64,000 nt of DNA from Candidatus Doudnabacteria bacterium. GTDB taxonomy: Bacteria > Patescibacteriota > Doudnabacteria > UBA920 > O2-02-FULL-48-8. The stretch spans positions 249,619 through 313,618 of the forward strand of contig JACPKU010000006.1 of NCBI GenBank assembly GCA_016186915.1, in the 5' to 3' direction. The notes below the pieces were generated by a model. That model did no database searches and had not been told where the DNA came from. It was given only the letters and a program-made list of their open reading frames with translations. How positions within the stretch are numbered: the first letter of the stretch is position 1; each line of letters begins with the position of its first letter. The translations under genes and the position numbers were made by a program. Below, piece by piece: positions 46,685 to 56,032 of the stretch.

Positions 46685-47455
46685 TTACAATTTAGCTTTG
46701 GTGAGGACCTCAAAACCGGTTTTTGTCACCAGTATAGTGTGCTCAAAATGCGCGGCTGGCTGGCCATCATAAGTTGTCACGGTCCAACCGTCTTGGGAAA
46801 ATTTGATCCTGGGATCTTTCATGTTCAGCATGGGCTCAACAGCCAAAACCATGCCCTCTCTAAGCTCCAGGCCTTCGCCTCGTTTGCCGAAACACGGAAC
46901 TTCCGGCTCTTCCCAGACTGATCTGCCCACTCCATGCCCGACTAGCTCTCGAACCACGACAAATCCCGCGTCTATGGCGGTTTTCTCGATAGCATAACCA
47001 ATGTCCCCGATGTGGTTTCCTGATTTTATCTGATTTAAACCATTTGCCAAGCTGTGCTTGGCCGCCGCGATTAAATCCAGCAACTTCGAATTCACTTGTC
47101 CGATGGGCACAGTAATCGCCGCATCAGTAAAAAAGCCTTGATAATTCACTCCTAAATCCAGACCAACTACATCGCCAGCTCTTAAAATTTTGTCTTTGTG
47201 CGGAATACCGTGCACCACCTCTTCGTTGATCGATACGCACAGAGAAGCGGGAAACGGCCTCTCCTGCGGATTCGACTGGTGCCCCTTGAATGCCGGCTTG
47301 CCGCCGCGGGCCAGAATCTCTGACTCCGCTAAACGATCGAGCTCTTCAGCCGAAATCCCAGGGACGGCTTTCTCGGCCACCAACGCCAAAACTTCAGCGA
47401 GCATCTGCCCGCTTCTTCTTAGCTTTTCAATCTCTTTTGGATCGCTGATAACCAT
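46685..47455 (-). CDS. map: Methionine aminopeptidase type I
   Basis: S.NEEVVHGIP, GHGVG, EPM, AHFEHT. Confidence 0.97.
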   Translation of the reverse strand: MVISDPKEIEKLRRSGQMLAEVLALVAEKAVPGISAEELDRLAESEILARGGKPAFKGHQSNPQERPFPASLCVSINEEVVHGIPHKDKILRAGDVVGLDLGVNYQGFFTDAAITVPIGQVNSKLLDLIAAAKHSLANGLNQIKSGNHIGDIGYAIEKTAIDAGFVVVRELVGHGVGRSVWEEPEVPCFGKRGEGLELREGMVLAVEPMLNMKDPRIKFSQDGWTVTTYDGQPAAHFEHTILVTKTGFEVLTKAKL

Positions 47456-47987
47456 TTATTGCTTTCTGAATATCCAAAGATACCTTCTTAATGCTTTGAT
47501 TGCCGTTAATGAGTCTTAATTTCTTTAAGCCTTGATAGTATTTAACCGTTCTACTAACCTCTTTGTTATAATAAGCAATTCTACTCTTTATCAACCTTAC
47601 ATCAACATCTTCCAATCTCGCGGCACGGAGTTTAGAACGCTTGATGATTTCTCTCTTTGGAATTTTTATATAAATCGCAAAAAAATTCCTATGTCTTTTC
47701 TTAAGTTGCCTTACCAAATATTCTGCTTCGTGCCTGAGCCTAGCGGCCCCGACAAATATGATATTGCCTCGCTTTAAATCCTTCAAATAGTGGTTCAGGA
47801 ACGGGATAATTAAATTAGTCGGGGCTGGAACGCCATGCCGATATTTATAGCCTTTTAAATTTCGAAGATATTCACCGGAGCGGGCAAGTTTAACCTTGTA
47901 TTTCTTTGCCAACAATAAGGCCTGGGTATCTTTTCCAGAGGTAGAGTCTCCTAATAAAATTAAATCAAAACCCAATCTTTTTTTCAT
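47427..47987 (-). CDS. Divergent adenylate/NMP kinase paralog
   Basis: GDSTSGKDTQA P-loop variant; VGAAR in place of DGFPR; INGNQSI..V. Confidence 0.75.
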   Translation of the reverse strand: MKKRLGFDLILLGDSTSGKDTQALLLAKKYKVKLARSGEYLRNLKGYKYRHGVPAPTNLIIPFLNHYLKDLKRGNIIFVGAARLRHEAEYLVRQLKKRHRNFFAIYIKIPKREIIKRSKLRAARLEDVDVRLIKSRIAYYNKEVSRTVKYYQGLKKLRLINGNQSIKKVSLDIQKAINGYQRSKRD

Positions 47988-47990
47988 AAA

Positions 47991-48071
47991 GCCTTCGACT
48001 CCGCTTCGCTTCGCTCAGGCAAAAAAATAATCCCTGAGCTTGCCTGCCTCGCCGGCAAGCGGGTCGAAGCG
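47991..48071. repeat. Back-to-back pair of repeat D units between the two adk-like genes
   Basis: GCCTTCGAC...GCTCAGGC, spacer, CCCTGAGC...GTCGAAGC; the second unit carries a nested CCTGCC...GGCA palindrome. Confidence 0.85.
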
Positions 48072-48665
48072 TCATTTATTTATTCCTAATTTCTCTAATA
48101 TCTCCTGGTGCACTGCTTCGATCGGCTGATCGCCATTGATGATTATTAGTTTACCGTTTTTTTGATAATAGTCTTTTACAGGAGCGGTTTTTTTCTGATA
48201 CTCATCAAATCGGGTCATTATTATCTTTGGATCGTCGTCTGCTCTTCGTCCATGAGCGCCTTCTCCTTCTATCCGCTTGGACAAACGTTTATGTAATTGA
48301 TCTCGGTCAACATTCAAAAACAAAACCACGATATCCATAACCGTATATTTACTCATCAACTCATTCAGAAGCTCAACTTGATCCAAAGTCCTTGGATATC
48401 CATCCAGAATCAAACCTTCTTCAGAGGTTAAGCTCTCTAACTTTTTGACAAAAATTTGTCGGATTATATCAATGGGTAAAATAACACCTTTATCGACAAT
48501 TACTTTAATCTCTCGACCCAAGCGATTGTCTTGTTTGGCATACTCTCTCGATAATTCTCCTGTGCTAAAATAGCCAAACCCCAAAACTTTGCTCAAAAGT
48601 TTACTCTGAGTACCTTTACCGCTGCCGGGCGCCCCCATTAATAAGATTATCTTTTTTAACTTCAT
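48072..48665 (-). CDS. adk: Adenylate kinase (short LID)
   Basis: GAPGSGKGTQ, STGEL.R, LDGYPRT..Q, R.DD. Confidence 0.93.
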   Translation of the reverse strand: MKLKKIILLMGAPGSGKGTQSKLLSKVLGFGYFSTGELSREYAKQDNRLGREIKVIVDKGVILPIDIIRQIFVKKLESLTSEEGLILDGYPRTLDQVELLNELMSKYTVMDIVVLFLNVDRDQLHKRLSKRIEGEGAHGRRADDDPKIIMTRFDEYQKKTAPVKDYYQKNGKLIIINGDQPIEAVHQEILEKLGINK

Positions 48666-49042
48666 TTTTTTTCCAACATTAAACATGCAGAATTAATGCA
48701 ATATCGTTTGCCGCCTCGCTCCTGCGGGCCGTCGTCAAACACATGGCCCAAATGCGAGCCACAGTTTTTGCAAACCACTTCAGTGCGACGCACGCCATGA
48801 TCATTATCTTCCCGAAGCTCCACATGCTCCAGGTTGGCCGGTTCAGTAAAAGACGGCCAACCAGTACCGGAATCAAACTTGGCGTCAGAAGAAAACAATT
48901 CCTGTCCGCAAGCAGCGCATTTGTACATCCCCTTATCTTTGGTGTTTACATACTTGCCTGAAAACGGCGCTTCTGTGCCTTTCTTGCGCATTATATGATA
49001 CTGTTCAGGGGTCAATTTTTCCTTCAATTCCTCATCTGTCAT
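48662..49042 (-). CDS. msrB: Methionine-R-sulfoxide reductase
   Basis: KGTE.PF, KFDSGTGWPSF, HLGHVF.DGP, RYCINS. Confidence 0.97.
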   Translation of the reverse strand: MTDEELKEKLTPEQYHIMRKKGTEAPFSGKYVNTKDKGMYKCAACGQELFSSDAKFDSGTGWPSFTEPANLEHVELREDNDHGVRRTEVVCKNCGSHLGHVFDDGPQERGGKRYCINSACLMLEKK

Positions 49043-49175
49043 ACTCGCATTATATCAAAAAACACCTTTGTTTCCAAAGATGCTCACGTATAAACATTGA
49101 CAATTAAACCGTTTCAACCTATGCTGGTGGCGAAGTAATTCCGCTTCTCCAAACAACCCTTAGGAGGATCTGATC

Positions 49176-49397
49176 ATGGGCAAGGGAAGATTTGCGGAAG
49201 AGATCGAGCACAAGCCGTCATCGCCCGGCCAAGAAATGGTGGATCTCGTGCTCACCTGCGGCATCTCGGCCCTCGCCGGATCTCAGGATACGGTCGAATG
49301 CCGCATCACGGACCACGAGCTTGGCAAGACCTACACCGGCACGGGGAGCACGGAGTCCGAGGCCCGCGATGACGCGCTCGGCAAACTGAATCGCTGA
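49176..49397 (+). CDS. 73-aa orphan protein with its own promoter, SD and terminator
   Basis: TTGACA-17-TATGCT (49097-49125), AGGAGG SD, hairpin GAGTGAG/CTCACTC plus T-tract. Confidence 0.75.
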   Translation: MGKGRFAEEIEHKPSSPGQEMVDLVLTCGISALAGSQDTVECRITDHELGKTYTGTGSTESEARDDALGKLNR

Positions 49398-49464
49398 CCG
49401 ACGGGTGGTCTTCGGCGGTGAGTGAGGTTCTGACAAAGAATCTCACTCATTTTTTTTAAAATAT

Positions 49465-49635
49465 ATCTCCTTACAACCCCCAGCGAGGGTTTTGGTTTAC
49501 CCGCCGGACTTTCGGGTGCCGATCATTCGACCGGACAAGTGTCTCGAAACGAGACTCGGACTTACATACATTCATACACGACTGTATGAATGTATGGCAA
49601 ATCCCAACCCCCATATTTGCAGGCAACACAAGCAA
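49465..49635 (-). ncRNA. Putative structured RNA containing repeat A as an internal hairpin
   Basis: TTGACA-17-TATTGT (49670-49642); closing stem GGGGGUU..UUUGCC/GGUAAA..AACCCUC; inner hairpins. Confidence 0.4.
49565..49596. repeat. Palindromic repeat A, solo copy with 14-bp perfect arms
   Basis: CATACATTCATACA-CGAC-TGTATGAATGTATG. Confidence 0.97.
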
Positions 49636-49689
49636 CAATACACAATACTTCTTTTTGACAAAATTGTCAATGCAAAGTAAAAATTAATC

Positions 49690-49933
49690 ATGCTCAATAA
49701 CGAGGATATCCAAAAATTATCTGCGGTGTTAGCCACAAAGGAAGACTTGAAGGATTTTTATACAAAGTCCGATATGGATGAAAGATTTGGCTCATTGCAG
49801 ACTGCTATTGACGGCTTGGCGAAACTGGTCACAGATTTTCGTAATGAACATGTCATCATTCATAAACGCCTGAAGTTTTAGAAGATTGGGCAAAACAAGT
49901 ATCAAAAAATTGGGTATCTCTTTGCCGTTTTAA
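49690..49933 (+). pseudogene. Small coiled-coil protein with two apparent 1-nt deletions
   Basis: ATKEDLK..TK.D repeat; shifting frame twice restores ...KRLEVLEDWAKQVSKKLGISLPF*. Confidence 0.55.
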
Positions 49934-49943
49934 TATTTAAATA

Positions 49944-49975
49944 TAAAACACCCGGCAGTTCGCTGGGTGTTTTAT
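49944..49975. terminator. Bidirectional terminator between secY and the 49690 gene
   Basis: TAAAACACCCGGC-AGTTC-GCTGGGTGTTTTA. Confidence 0.75.
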
Positions 49976-49998
49976 ATATATCATCCACAAACGATCAG

Positions 49999-51297
49999 CT
50001 AAAAGTCTTCGTAGTCGCGCATCACCATCTGGCTCTGCACCTGCTTCATCACTTCAATCACCACGGCCACAGCTATCAAAATCCCAGTACCGCCCAAGGT
50101 CAAAGCCTGGGTTTGGGTAAATCCTTGGATGATAAACGGCAAAACCGCAATTAGCCCCAAGAATATCGCGCCGGCCAAGGTTATTCGATTTAAAACCTTG
50201 TAAAGAAACTCGGCAGTCTGTCGCCCTGGGCGCAAGCCCGGTATAAACCCGCCCTGCTTTTGGATGTTGTCGGATATTTCATCCGGGTTGAATACAATCG
50301 CTGTGTAAAAATAAGTAAAAGCCACGACCAAGAGAAAATAAATAATCCCATAATAAGTCTGGTTTTGAAAAAAATTATTTACGGCACTGGCAATATTGGC
50401 AACCACTTCGGTTTTGGCACTGGAGAAAAAATTGGCGATCAGGCCCGGAAACAGCAGAATTGAAATAGCGAAAATGATTGGGATCACGCCGGCTTGATTA
50501 ACGCGCAAGGGCAGATGCGTACTCACCCCGCCATAGAGTTTGTTCCCCCTGACTCTTTTGGCGTAAGACACCGGGATGTTTCTCTGCGCTTCAGTGATCA
50601 TCACTATCCCAGCCACCACCAGCAAGGCTACGGCCATAAAAGACGCGGCAGTAACCAGCCCGGAAGTCGAAATCCCACCAGTCGCCGTGGTAATAGTAGA
50701 GAACCCTTGTTGCACAGCCGCGGGCAATTGCGCCACGATTCCCGCAAAAATGATCAAAGAAATTCCGTTGCCAAGCTTATATTCGCTGATCGTCTCTCCA
50801 ATCCACATCAGCAAAGCGGTTCCGGCAGTTACGGAAAGCAGGGCCACGAACCATTGGAAGCCGGTGAATCCGGAAATCACGGTTGCTCCGCTGCTGCGTG
50901 AGAGCAAAACGATTGTCCCGTAAGCCTGCAGAGCGGTCAGCGGCACAGTGAGCAGTCGTGTGTACTGGTTTATTTTCGCGCGTCCCGCATCCCCGCCTTC
51001 CTTAGCCAGCTCTCCCAGACTAGGAATGATGATGGTCAATAACTGCATAATAATCGAAGCGGTAATATACGGGCCGACTCCAAGCATGGCCACAGAAAAA
51101 TTGCTCAAGCCTCCTCCTGAAAATATATTAAATAGGCCAAACAACTGGTTTGAGTTAAAAAGATTTTGGAGGCTTGAAAGATCAACTCCGGGAATCGGGA
51201 CGTGAGCCAAAATCCTGGTCACCACTAAAAGCATGGCCACAATCAAGATGTTATGGCGCAGTTCCTTAACTTTCCAGATTTGAGAAATTCTCGACAT
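49999..51297 (-). CDS. secY: Preprotein translocase SecY
   Basis: LGVGPYITASIIMQLL, GNGISLIIFAGI, AGVIPIIFA, FIPGLRPG. Confidence 0.98.
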   Translation of the reverse strand: MSRISQIWKVKELRHNILIVAMLLVVTRILAHVPIPGVDLSSLQNLFNSNQLFGLFNIFSGGGLSNFSVAMLGVGPYITASIIMQLLTIIIPSLGELAKEGGDAGRAKINQYTRLLTVPLTALQAYGTIVLLSRSSGATVISGFTGFQWFVALLSVTAGTALLMWIGETISEYKLGNGISLIIFAGIVAQLPAAVQQGFSTITTATGGISTSGLVTAASFMAVALLVVAGIVMITEAQRNIPVSYAKRVRGNKLYGGVSTHLPLRVNQAGVIPIIFAISILLFPGLIANFFSSAKTEVVANIASAVNNFFQNQTYYGIIYFLLVVAFTYFYTAIVFNPDEISDNIQKQGGFIPGLRPGRQTAEFLYKVLNRITLAGAIFLGLIAVLPFIIQGFTQTQALTLGGTGILIAVAVVIEVMKQVQSQMVMRDYEDF

Positions 51298-51402
51298 AAG
51301 TATGTGATCCGAATCTACGAATATTATGCTAATCAACCAATATGCGAATTAGGGGCTATTAGCATATTCGCTGAATTCGCATAGCAACTCGCATCATTCG
51401 GA

Positions 51403-51846
51403 TCATGTTAATATCTTCCCACCCGCCTTCTCTATTTTAGCACGGACCGGTCCGGACACAAGCACCTTTTCAAAAATCAGCTCTTTTTTGAGGTCCCCGT
51501 CTCCGACAATTTTAATTGGCATAAGCGCGGATTTTACCAAGCCTTTCTGCGCTAAAATCCTGGGATTTACCGTTTCTTTAGCTTCAAATTTATTTACAAT
51601 CTGCCGAAGGCTTACCACACTGACTGGCGGCCGGCGGGAAACAAAGCCGCGCTTTTTGGGAAGCTGGCGGTGTAGCGGCATTCTGCCCCCTTCAAAACCA
51701 GCGGGAATTGATCCGCCAGAGCGGGCTTTTTGTCCTTTGGCCCCGCGTCCGGAAAAAGTACCGTGCCCGGATCCCAAGCCCCGTCCCACTCTTTTGCGGC
51801 GCTGAACAGATTTTCTATATGGTTTTAAGTTATGTAAAGTCAGCAT
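51403..51846 (-). CDS. rplO: 50S ribosomal protein L15
   Basis: RVGRG.GSG.G, GFEGG.MPL.R.LPK. Confidence 0.97.
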   Translation of the reverse strand: MLTLHNLKPYRKSVQRRKRVGRGLGSGHGTFSGRGAKGQKARSGGSIPAGFEGGRMPLHRQLPKKRGFVSRRPPVSVVSLRQIVNKFEAKETVNPRILAQKGLVKSALMPIKIVGDGDLKKELIFEKVLVSGPVRAKIEKAGGKILT

Positions 51847-51848
51847 AA

Positions 51849-52373
51849 TTAACTGATTACAGACTCCTGCTTTGGGAGTGGCTGGACTTGCGCCTTGCCG
51901 CCTTTCGGCCTCATGCTGGCCAAGGCCAAATAGGTTGCCGTGACATTGTTAATTTTATTGGCTGAGCCTAACATTTTGGATAAAATATTTTTTACTCCGG
52001 CCATTTCCAACACCGCCCGGATCGCGCCGCCGGCAATCAAGCCGGTTCCTGGCAGCGCTGGTTTGAGAAACACTAACGAAGATTTGTATTTGAACCTGAT
52101 TTCGTGCGGAATCGTATCGTTAACCAGATTTACGGTTGTCATGCCCTTCTTGGCGGCGCTCACTGCTTTGTTCACTGCTTCGCTCACGTCCGCACCTTTT
52201 CTAGCTCCAATGCCAACCCTGCCCTTCATGTCTCCGACCACAACAAGCGCCCGGAAACGCATACGTTTTCCTCCGGCCACAACTCTAGTCACACGCTTAA
52301 CCTCCACCACCTTCTGCTGGAATTCTTTTTTGATCTGATCTCTCTGTCTGGTTGTTCTAGCTTTTTTCATCAT
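51849..52373 (-). CDS. rpsE: 30S ribosomal protein S5
   Basis: RVTRVVAGGKRMRFRALVVVGD, GTG.IAGG. Confidence 0.98.
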   Translation of the reverse strand: MMKKARTTRQRDQIKKEFQQKVVEVKRVTRVVAGGKRMRFRALVVVGDMKGRVGIGARKGADVSEAVNKAVSAAKKGMTTVNLVNDTIPHEIRFKYKSSLVFLKPALPGTGLIAGGAIRAVLEMAGVKNILSKMLGSANKINNVTATYLALASMRPKGGKAQVQPLPKQESVIS

Positions 52374-52382
52374 AAATTATCT

Positions 52383-52727
52383 TTAAAACTTAAGTCCCGC
52401 GGTCCGGGCGGCTTCTGCCAAACTTTGGACCCTGCCGTGGTACTTGTAACCCCCGCGGTCAAACACCACTTCTTTAATCCCCGCTGCCAGCGCTTTATTA
52501 GCAACAAGCTTTCCAACTTCAGCGGCAATTTCTTTCTTCTTTAGCTTCCTATCTGTCACTTCTTTGCTGGAGGTAGAAACCAAAGTATTGCCCTTTTGAT
52601 CGTCAATCAACTGAACGTAAATATGATTCAGGGAACGAAAAACACACAACCTGGGCTTGGACTCCGTGCCTTTTACTTTCGCTCTTACTCTCTTGTGCCT
52701 TATTTTTCTAGACTCACGTTTATTCAT
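52383..52727 (-). CDS. rplR: 50S ribosomal protein L18
   Basis: [24 protein letters not shown]. Confidence 0.98.
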   Translation of the reverse strand: MNKRESRKIRHKRVRAKVKGTESKPRLCVFRSLNHIYVQLIDDQKGNTLVSTSSKEVTDRKLKKKEIAAEVGKLVANKALAAGIKEVVFDRGGYKYHGRVQSLAEAARTAGLKF

Positions 52728-53281
52728 TATGCTCCTCCTCCGACAGCCTTAACTACCTTGCCGGCTTTTCGCCTAATTACTTCATCGATGTATTTGATGC
52801 CCTTGCCTTTATAAGGTTCTGGCGCGCGCTTTTGTCTGATCACTGCCGCAAATTCGCCGACAGCCTGCTTGTCCGCTCCGGTAACAACAATAATATTCTT
52901 CTCGACTTTAACTTCCAGCCCTGCGGGGACTTCCATTTCGATTGTGTGAGAATAGCCCAAATTCAAAACCAGTTTTTTTCCTGAAACCTGTGCCTTGTAT
53001 CCCACGCCATTAACCTCCAATGATTTACTGAATCCTTCCGTTACGCCCAGAACCATATTATTGACCAAGGAGCGGGACAACCCCCAAAGCGATCTTTCCA
53101 ACTTATTGTTACTGCGCTGAACGTTTAAGACAATTTCGCCTGCTTCCTGATTAAGCTTGACTTTTGGGTGCACATCCAAAGACAGCTCGCCTTTCGGTCC
53201 TTTGATCTTCAACCTATTTCCTTTGAGGTCGACGGTTACGCCATTTGGAATGCTTACCGCCTTTTTTCCTACTCTGCTCAT
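52727..53281 (-). CDS. rplF: 50S ribosomal protein L6
   Basis: [15 protein letters not shown]. Confidence 0.98.
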   Translation of the reverse strand: MSRVGKKAVSIPNGVTVDLKGNRLKIKGPKGELSLDVHPKVKLNQEAGEIVLNVQRSNNKLERSLWGLSRSLVNNMVLGVTEGFSKSLEVNGVGYKAQVSGKKLVLNLGYSHTIEMEVPAGLEVKVEKNIIVVTGADKQAVGEFAAVIRQKRAPEPYKGKGIKYIDEVIRRKAGKVVKAVGGGA

Positions 53282-53289
53282 AAAAATTA

Positions 53290-53682
53290 TTACCAAATCT
53301 GACAGATTATCTCGCCGCCAATTTTTTGTTGGCGGGCCAGTTTGTCTGTCATTATACCTTTTGACGTTGACACGATGGTGCTGCCCATCCCCCCCAAAGC
53401 GCGTGGGATATTCATATTCTTAACATAAATGCGCTGTCCGGGCTTGCTAATCCGCTTAATTTCCGAAATGGCCGGCTGTCCGTCCACCTCATACCTTAGC
53501 TCCATAAACAAATTTTTAATTCCGCCGGCCTCTTTCACATCCAAAGACTTGATCCATCCTTCATCCAAAAGCACCTTGCCTAGATTGTGCTTAAATTTAG
53601 AATACGGAACTAAGACATCAGTCTTTTTGGCTGCTGTGGCATTTCTTATTCTAGTTAACATGTCTGAAATTGCGTCCATCAT
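53290..53682 (-). CDS. rpsH: 30S ribosomal protein S8
   Basis: D.ISDMLTRIRNA, RISKPG.RIY. Confidence 0.98.
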   Translation of the reverse strand: MMDAISDMLTRIRNATAAKKTDVLVPYSKFKHNLGKVLLDEGWIKSLDVKEAGGIKNLFMELRYEVDGQPAISEIKRISKPGQRIYVKNMNIPRALGGMGSTIVSTSKGIMTDKLARQQKIGGEIICQIW

Positions 53683-53692
53683 ATATTTTTCA

Positions 53693-53884
53693 CTAAGATG
53701 ATTTTACTATTCCAGGGATTTCACCGTTGGATGCTAATTCTCTAAAACAAATTCGACACAAGTCAAAATCCCGCATGTAGCCGGCATTCCGCCCGCAGCG
53801 CCAGCAGCGCCTCACCACCCGGGTCTTAAACTTGGGCTTAATTCTCGATCTTTCTGATTTGATTATCTGGGCTTTAGTGGCCAT
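53693..53884 (-). CDS. rpsN: 30S ribosomal protein S14 (zinc-binding type)
   Basis: RC..CGR...F.LCRICFRE. Confidence 0.97.
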   Translation of the reverse strand: MATKAQIIKSERSRIKPKFKTRVVRRCWRCGRNAGYMRDFDLCRICFRELASNGEIPGIVKSS

Positions 53885-53889
53885 AGTTA

Positions 53890-54441
53890 TTATTTACCTT
53901 CTTCGTTCTGGAAAGGAAATCCAAAAGATTTTAATAAAGCAAAAGCTTTCGCGTCATCACCGGCATTGGTTCGGATATTAACCTCTAAACTAAAGGTCTG
54001 ATCCGCCCCTTCCCGCAAGGCTTCCGGAAAAACTATCTGCTCTCTAATCCCAATATTGTAATTCCCCTTGCCGTCAAAACTTTTTCTGCTCAATCCTTTA
54101 AAGTCCCGAACACGCGGCAGGGCGACATTGACTAACTTTTCCAAAAAATCATACATTCTTTTTCCTCGCAGTGTAACCATTAGCCCAACCACTTGGTTCT
54201 CTCTAATCTTAAATCCGGCTATGGCTTTTTTGGCCAAGGTTTTAACTGGCGCTTGGCCGGTGATTCGGCGCAGATCTTCGATTATTAACTCCAAGAGCTT
54301 CTGATCTTTCAAGGTTCTGCCGACTCCGGCATTAACCACCACCTTCTCAATCTTCGGCACTTCCAAATCAGATTTGAGAACAAATAACTTCTTCAAATCC
54401 GGCAGAACTTTCTCTTTATAAATTAACTTAAAGTTAGACAT
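53890..54441 (-). CDS. rplE: 50S ribosomal protein L5
   Basis: [24 protein letters not shown]. Confidence 0.98.
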   Translation of the reverse strand: MSNFKLIYKEKVLPDLKKLFVLKSDLEVPKIEKVVVNAGVGRTLKDQKLLELIIEDLRRITGQAPVKTLAKKAIAGFKIRENQVVGLMVTLRGKRMYDFLEKLVNVALPRVRDFKGLSRKSFDGKGNYNIGIREQIVFPEALREGADQTFSLEVNIRTNAGDDAKAFALLKSFGFPFQNEEGK

Positions 54442-54448
54442 GGATCAG

Positions 54449-54763
54449 CTAAATCCTCCTACCGCACTTTTTACACTGGCGGTAACTATTATTCTCGGTT
54501 TTTTCATGGCCAATTCTGGTCGTCTTGCCGCAAGCAGGACAAATAAGCATCACTTTAGAAACCCAGATTGGCGCTGAGAGTTCAAGCCGCTGGCCTTTCT
54601 CGCCTTTTCTGCGAGCGCGGGCAAATCGAACATGAATATTCAAGCCCTCAACAATAACCTTGCCGTCTTTCGGCAGAACTTCCAAAACTTTTCCCGATCG
54701 GCCCTTGTCCTTGCCGGAAATAATTTTCACCTGATCATCTTTTTTTATCCTGAGCATCTTCAT
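54449..54763 (-). CDS. rplX: 50S ribosomal protein L24
   Basis: D.V.IISGKDKG..G.V. Confidence 0.97.
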   Translation of the reverse strand: MKMLRIKKDDQVKIISGKDKGRSGKVLEVLPKDGKVIVEGLNIHVRFARARRKGEKGQRLELSAPIWVSKVMLICPACGKTTRIGHEKTENNSYRQCKKCGRRI

Positions 54764-54774
54764 AACTTTTTAAC

Positions 54775-55146
54775 TTAAATTACCTCTGGGGCTAACGAAA
54801 TAATTTTGGTAAAACCCAAATCTCTTAATTCCCGGGGGATAGGGCCAAAAATACGAGTTCCTCTAGGTTCTTTGTTGTCCTTGTTTACTATCACCGCGGC
54901 ATTGTCATCAAACCGGATGTAGGAACCGTCGGCTCTTCTGACTTCTTTGCGGGTTCTCACAATTACAGCGTAAACCTTTTCTCCCTTTTTTACCTGGCCT
55001 CTCGGCGCTGCTTCTTTGACGGATGCCGCGATCACATCTCCCAATCTAGCCACCCGTCGCTGGTTTTTTCCGCGCACGCTGAAAGCCGCTATCATCTTAG
55101 CTCCCGTGTTGTCCGCTACTTTTAATCGGCTTCGCAGTTGGATCAT
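54775..55146 (-). CDS. rplN: 50S ribosomal protein L14
   Basis: [30 protein letters not shown]. Confidence 0.98.
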   Translation of the reverse strand: MIQLRSRLKVADNTGAKMIAAFSVRGKNQRRVARLGDVIAASVKEAAPRGQVKKGEKVYAVIVRTRKEVRRADGSYIRFDDNAAVIVNKDNKEPRGTRIFGPIPRELRDLGFTKIISLAPEVI

Positions 55147-55397
55147 AAAATCTTGGTTACTTGCCAGTGCTTGGTTTTACTCATTGGTCTGGTCTCTTCA
55201 ATTTCCACCTTGCTTCCTAGTTTAACATCGTTATTCTCATTATGCGCCGCAAATTTTTTAACCACGTTATAGCGCTTCTTGTATTTCGGATGGACCTTCA
55301 CACTCTTCACTCCCACGACCACAGTGTTTTTCATCTTATCCGATAATACTTGGCCAACTAATTTTCTTCTGATCTTTTCAGTCATATTATTGTTCAT
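55143..55397 (-). CDS. rpsQ: 30S ribosomal protein S17
   Basis: SDKM..TVVV, HPKYKK, ETRP.SKTK.W. Confidence 0.97.
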   Translation of the reverse strand: MNNNMTEKIRRKLVGQVLSDKMKNTVVVGVKSVKVHPKYKKRYNVVKKFAAHNENNDVKLGSKVEIEETRPMSKTKHWQVTKIL

Positions 55398-55578
55398 TTA
55401 AAAATGTTAAGATCCTGGCAATATCCTTCTTTACTGATTTCAGCCTGTGACTATCCTTAATTTCCTTGCTTCTGATTTTGAATCGCAAATCACGCACCTG
55501 CTCACGCAAAGCGGTCAGTGTCTTCTTCCTCTCTTCGGGTTTTAAGCCTCGAACTTCCTGCATTTTCATTAGCTTCAA
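55387..55578 (-). CDS. rpmC: 50S ribosomal protein L29
   Basis: [14 protein letters not shown]; position in operon. Confidence 0.93.
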   Translation of the reverse strand: MKLMKMQEVRGLKPEERKKTLTALREQVRDLRFKIRSKEIKDSHRLKSVKKDIARILTFLNEQ

Positions 55579-55982
55579 TCCTTGATAATAAATTTAGTTT
55601 TAATCGGCAACTTGTGGGAAGCAAGACGCATCGCTTCTGCTGCTTGCTCCGCGGTAACCCCGTCCATTTCAAACATTATTCGCCCTTTTTTGACAACCGC
55701 CACAAAATGATCCACCTGCCCCTTCCCGCTGCCCATGGGACTTTCGTTACCATGCGCCGTGATCGGTTTATCAGGAAAAATCCGAATCCAAATCTTACCG
55801 CCTCGGGCCACATACCTCGTCATGGCCCGCCTCGCCGCTTCGATTTGCCGAGAACTCACCCAGCTGTTCTCCACTGCTTTTAAGGCATAATTGCCAAAAG
55901 CAACAGTGTTGCCGGATGTGGCTTTGCCTGTGGATTTCCCTCGATGATGCTTTCTGTGCTTTACTTTCTTTGGTACCAACAT
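55575..55982 (-). CDS. rplP: 50S ribosomal protein L16
   Basis: [24 protein letters not shown]. Confidence 0.98.
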   Translation of the reverse strand: MLVPKKVKHRKHHRGKSTGKATSGNTVAFGNYALKAVENSWVSSRQIEAARRAMTRYVARGGKIWIRIFPDKPITAHGNESPMGSGKGQVDHFVAVVKKGRIMFEMDGVTAEQAAEAMRLASHKLPIKTKFIIKD

Positions 55983-56032
55983 ATATTTATAATTCAAAAG
56001 TCAAAAATCAAAAGTCAAAATATTAGAATTCA

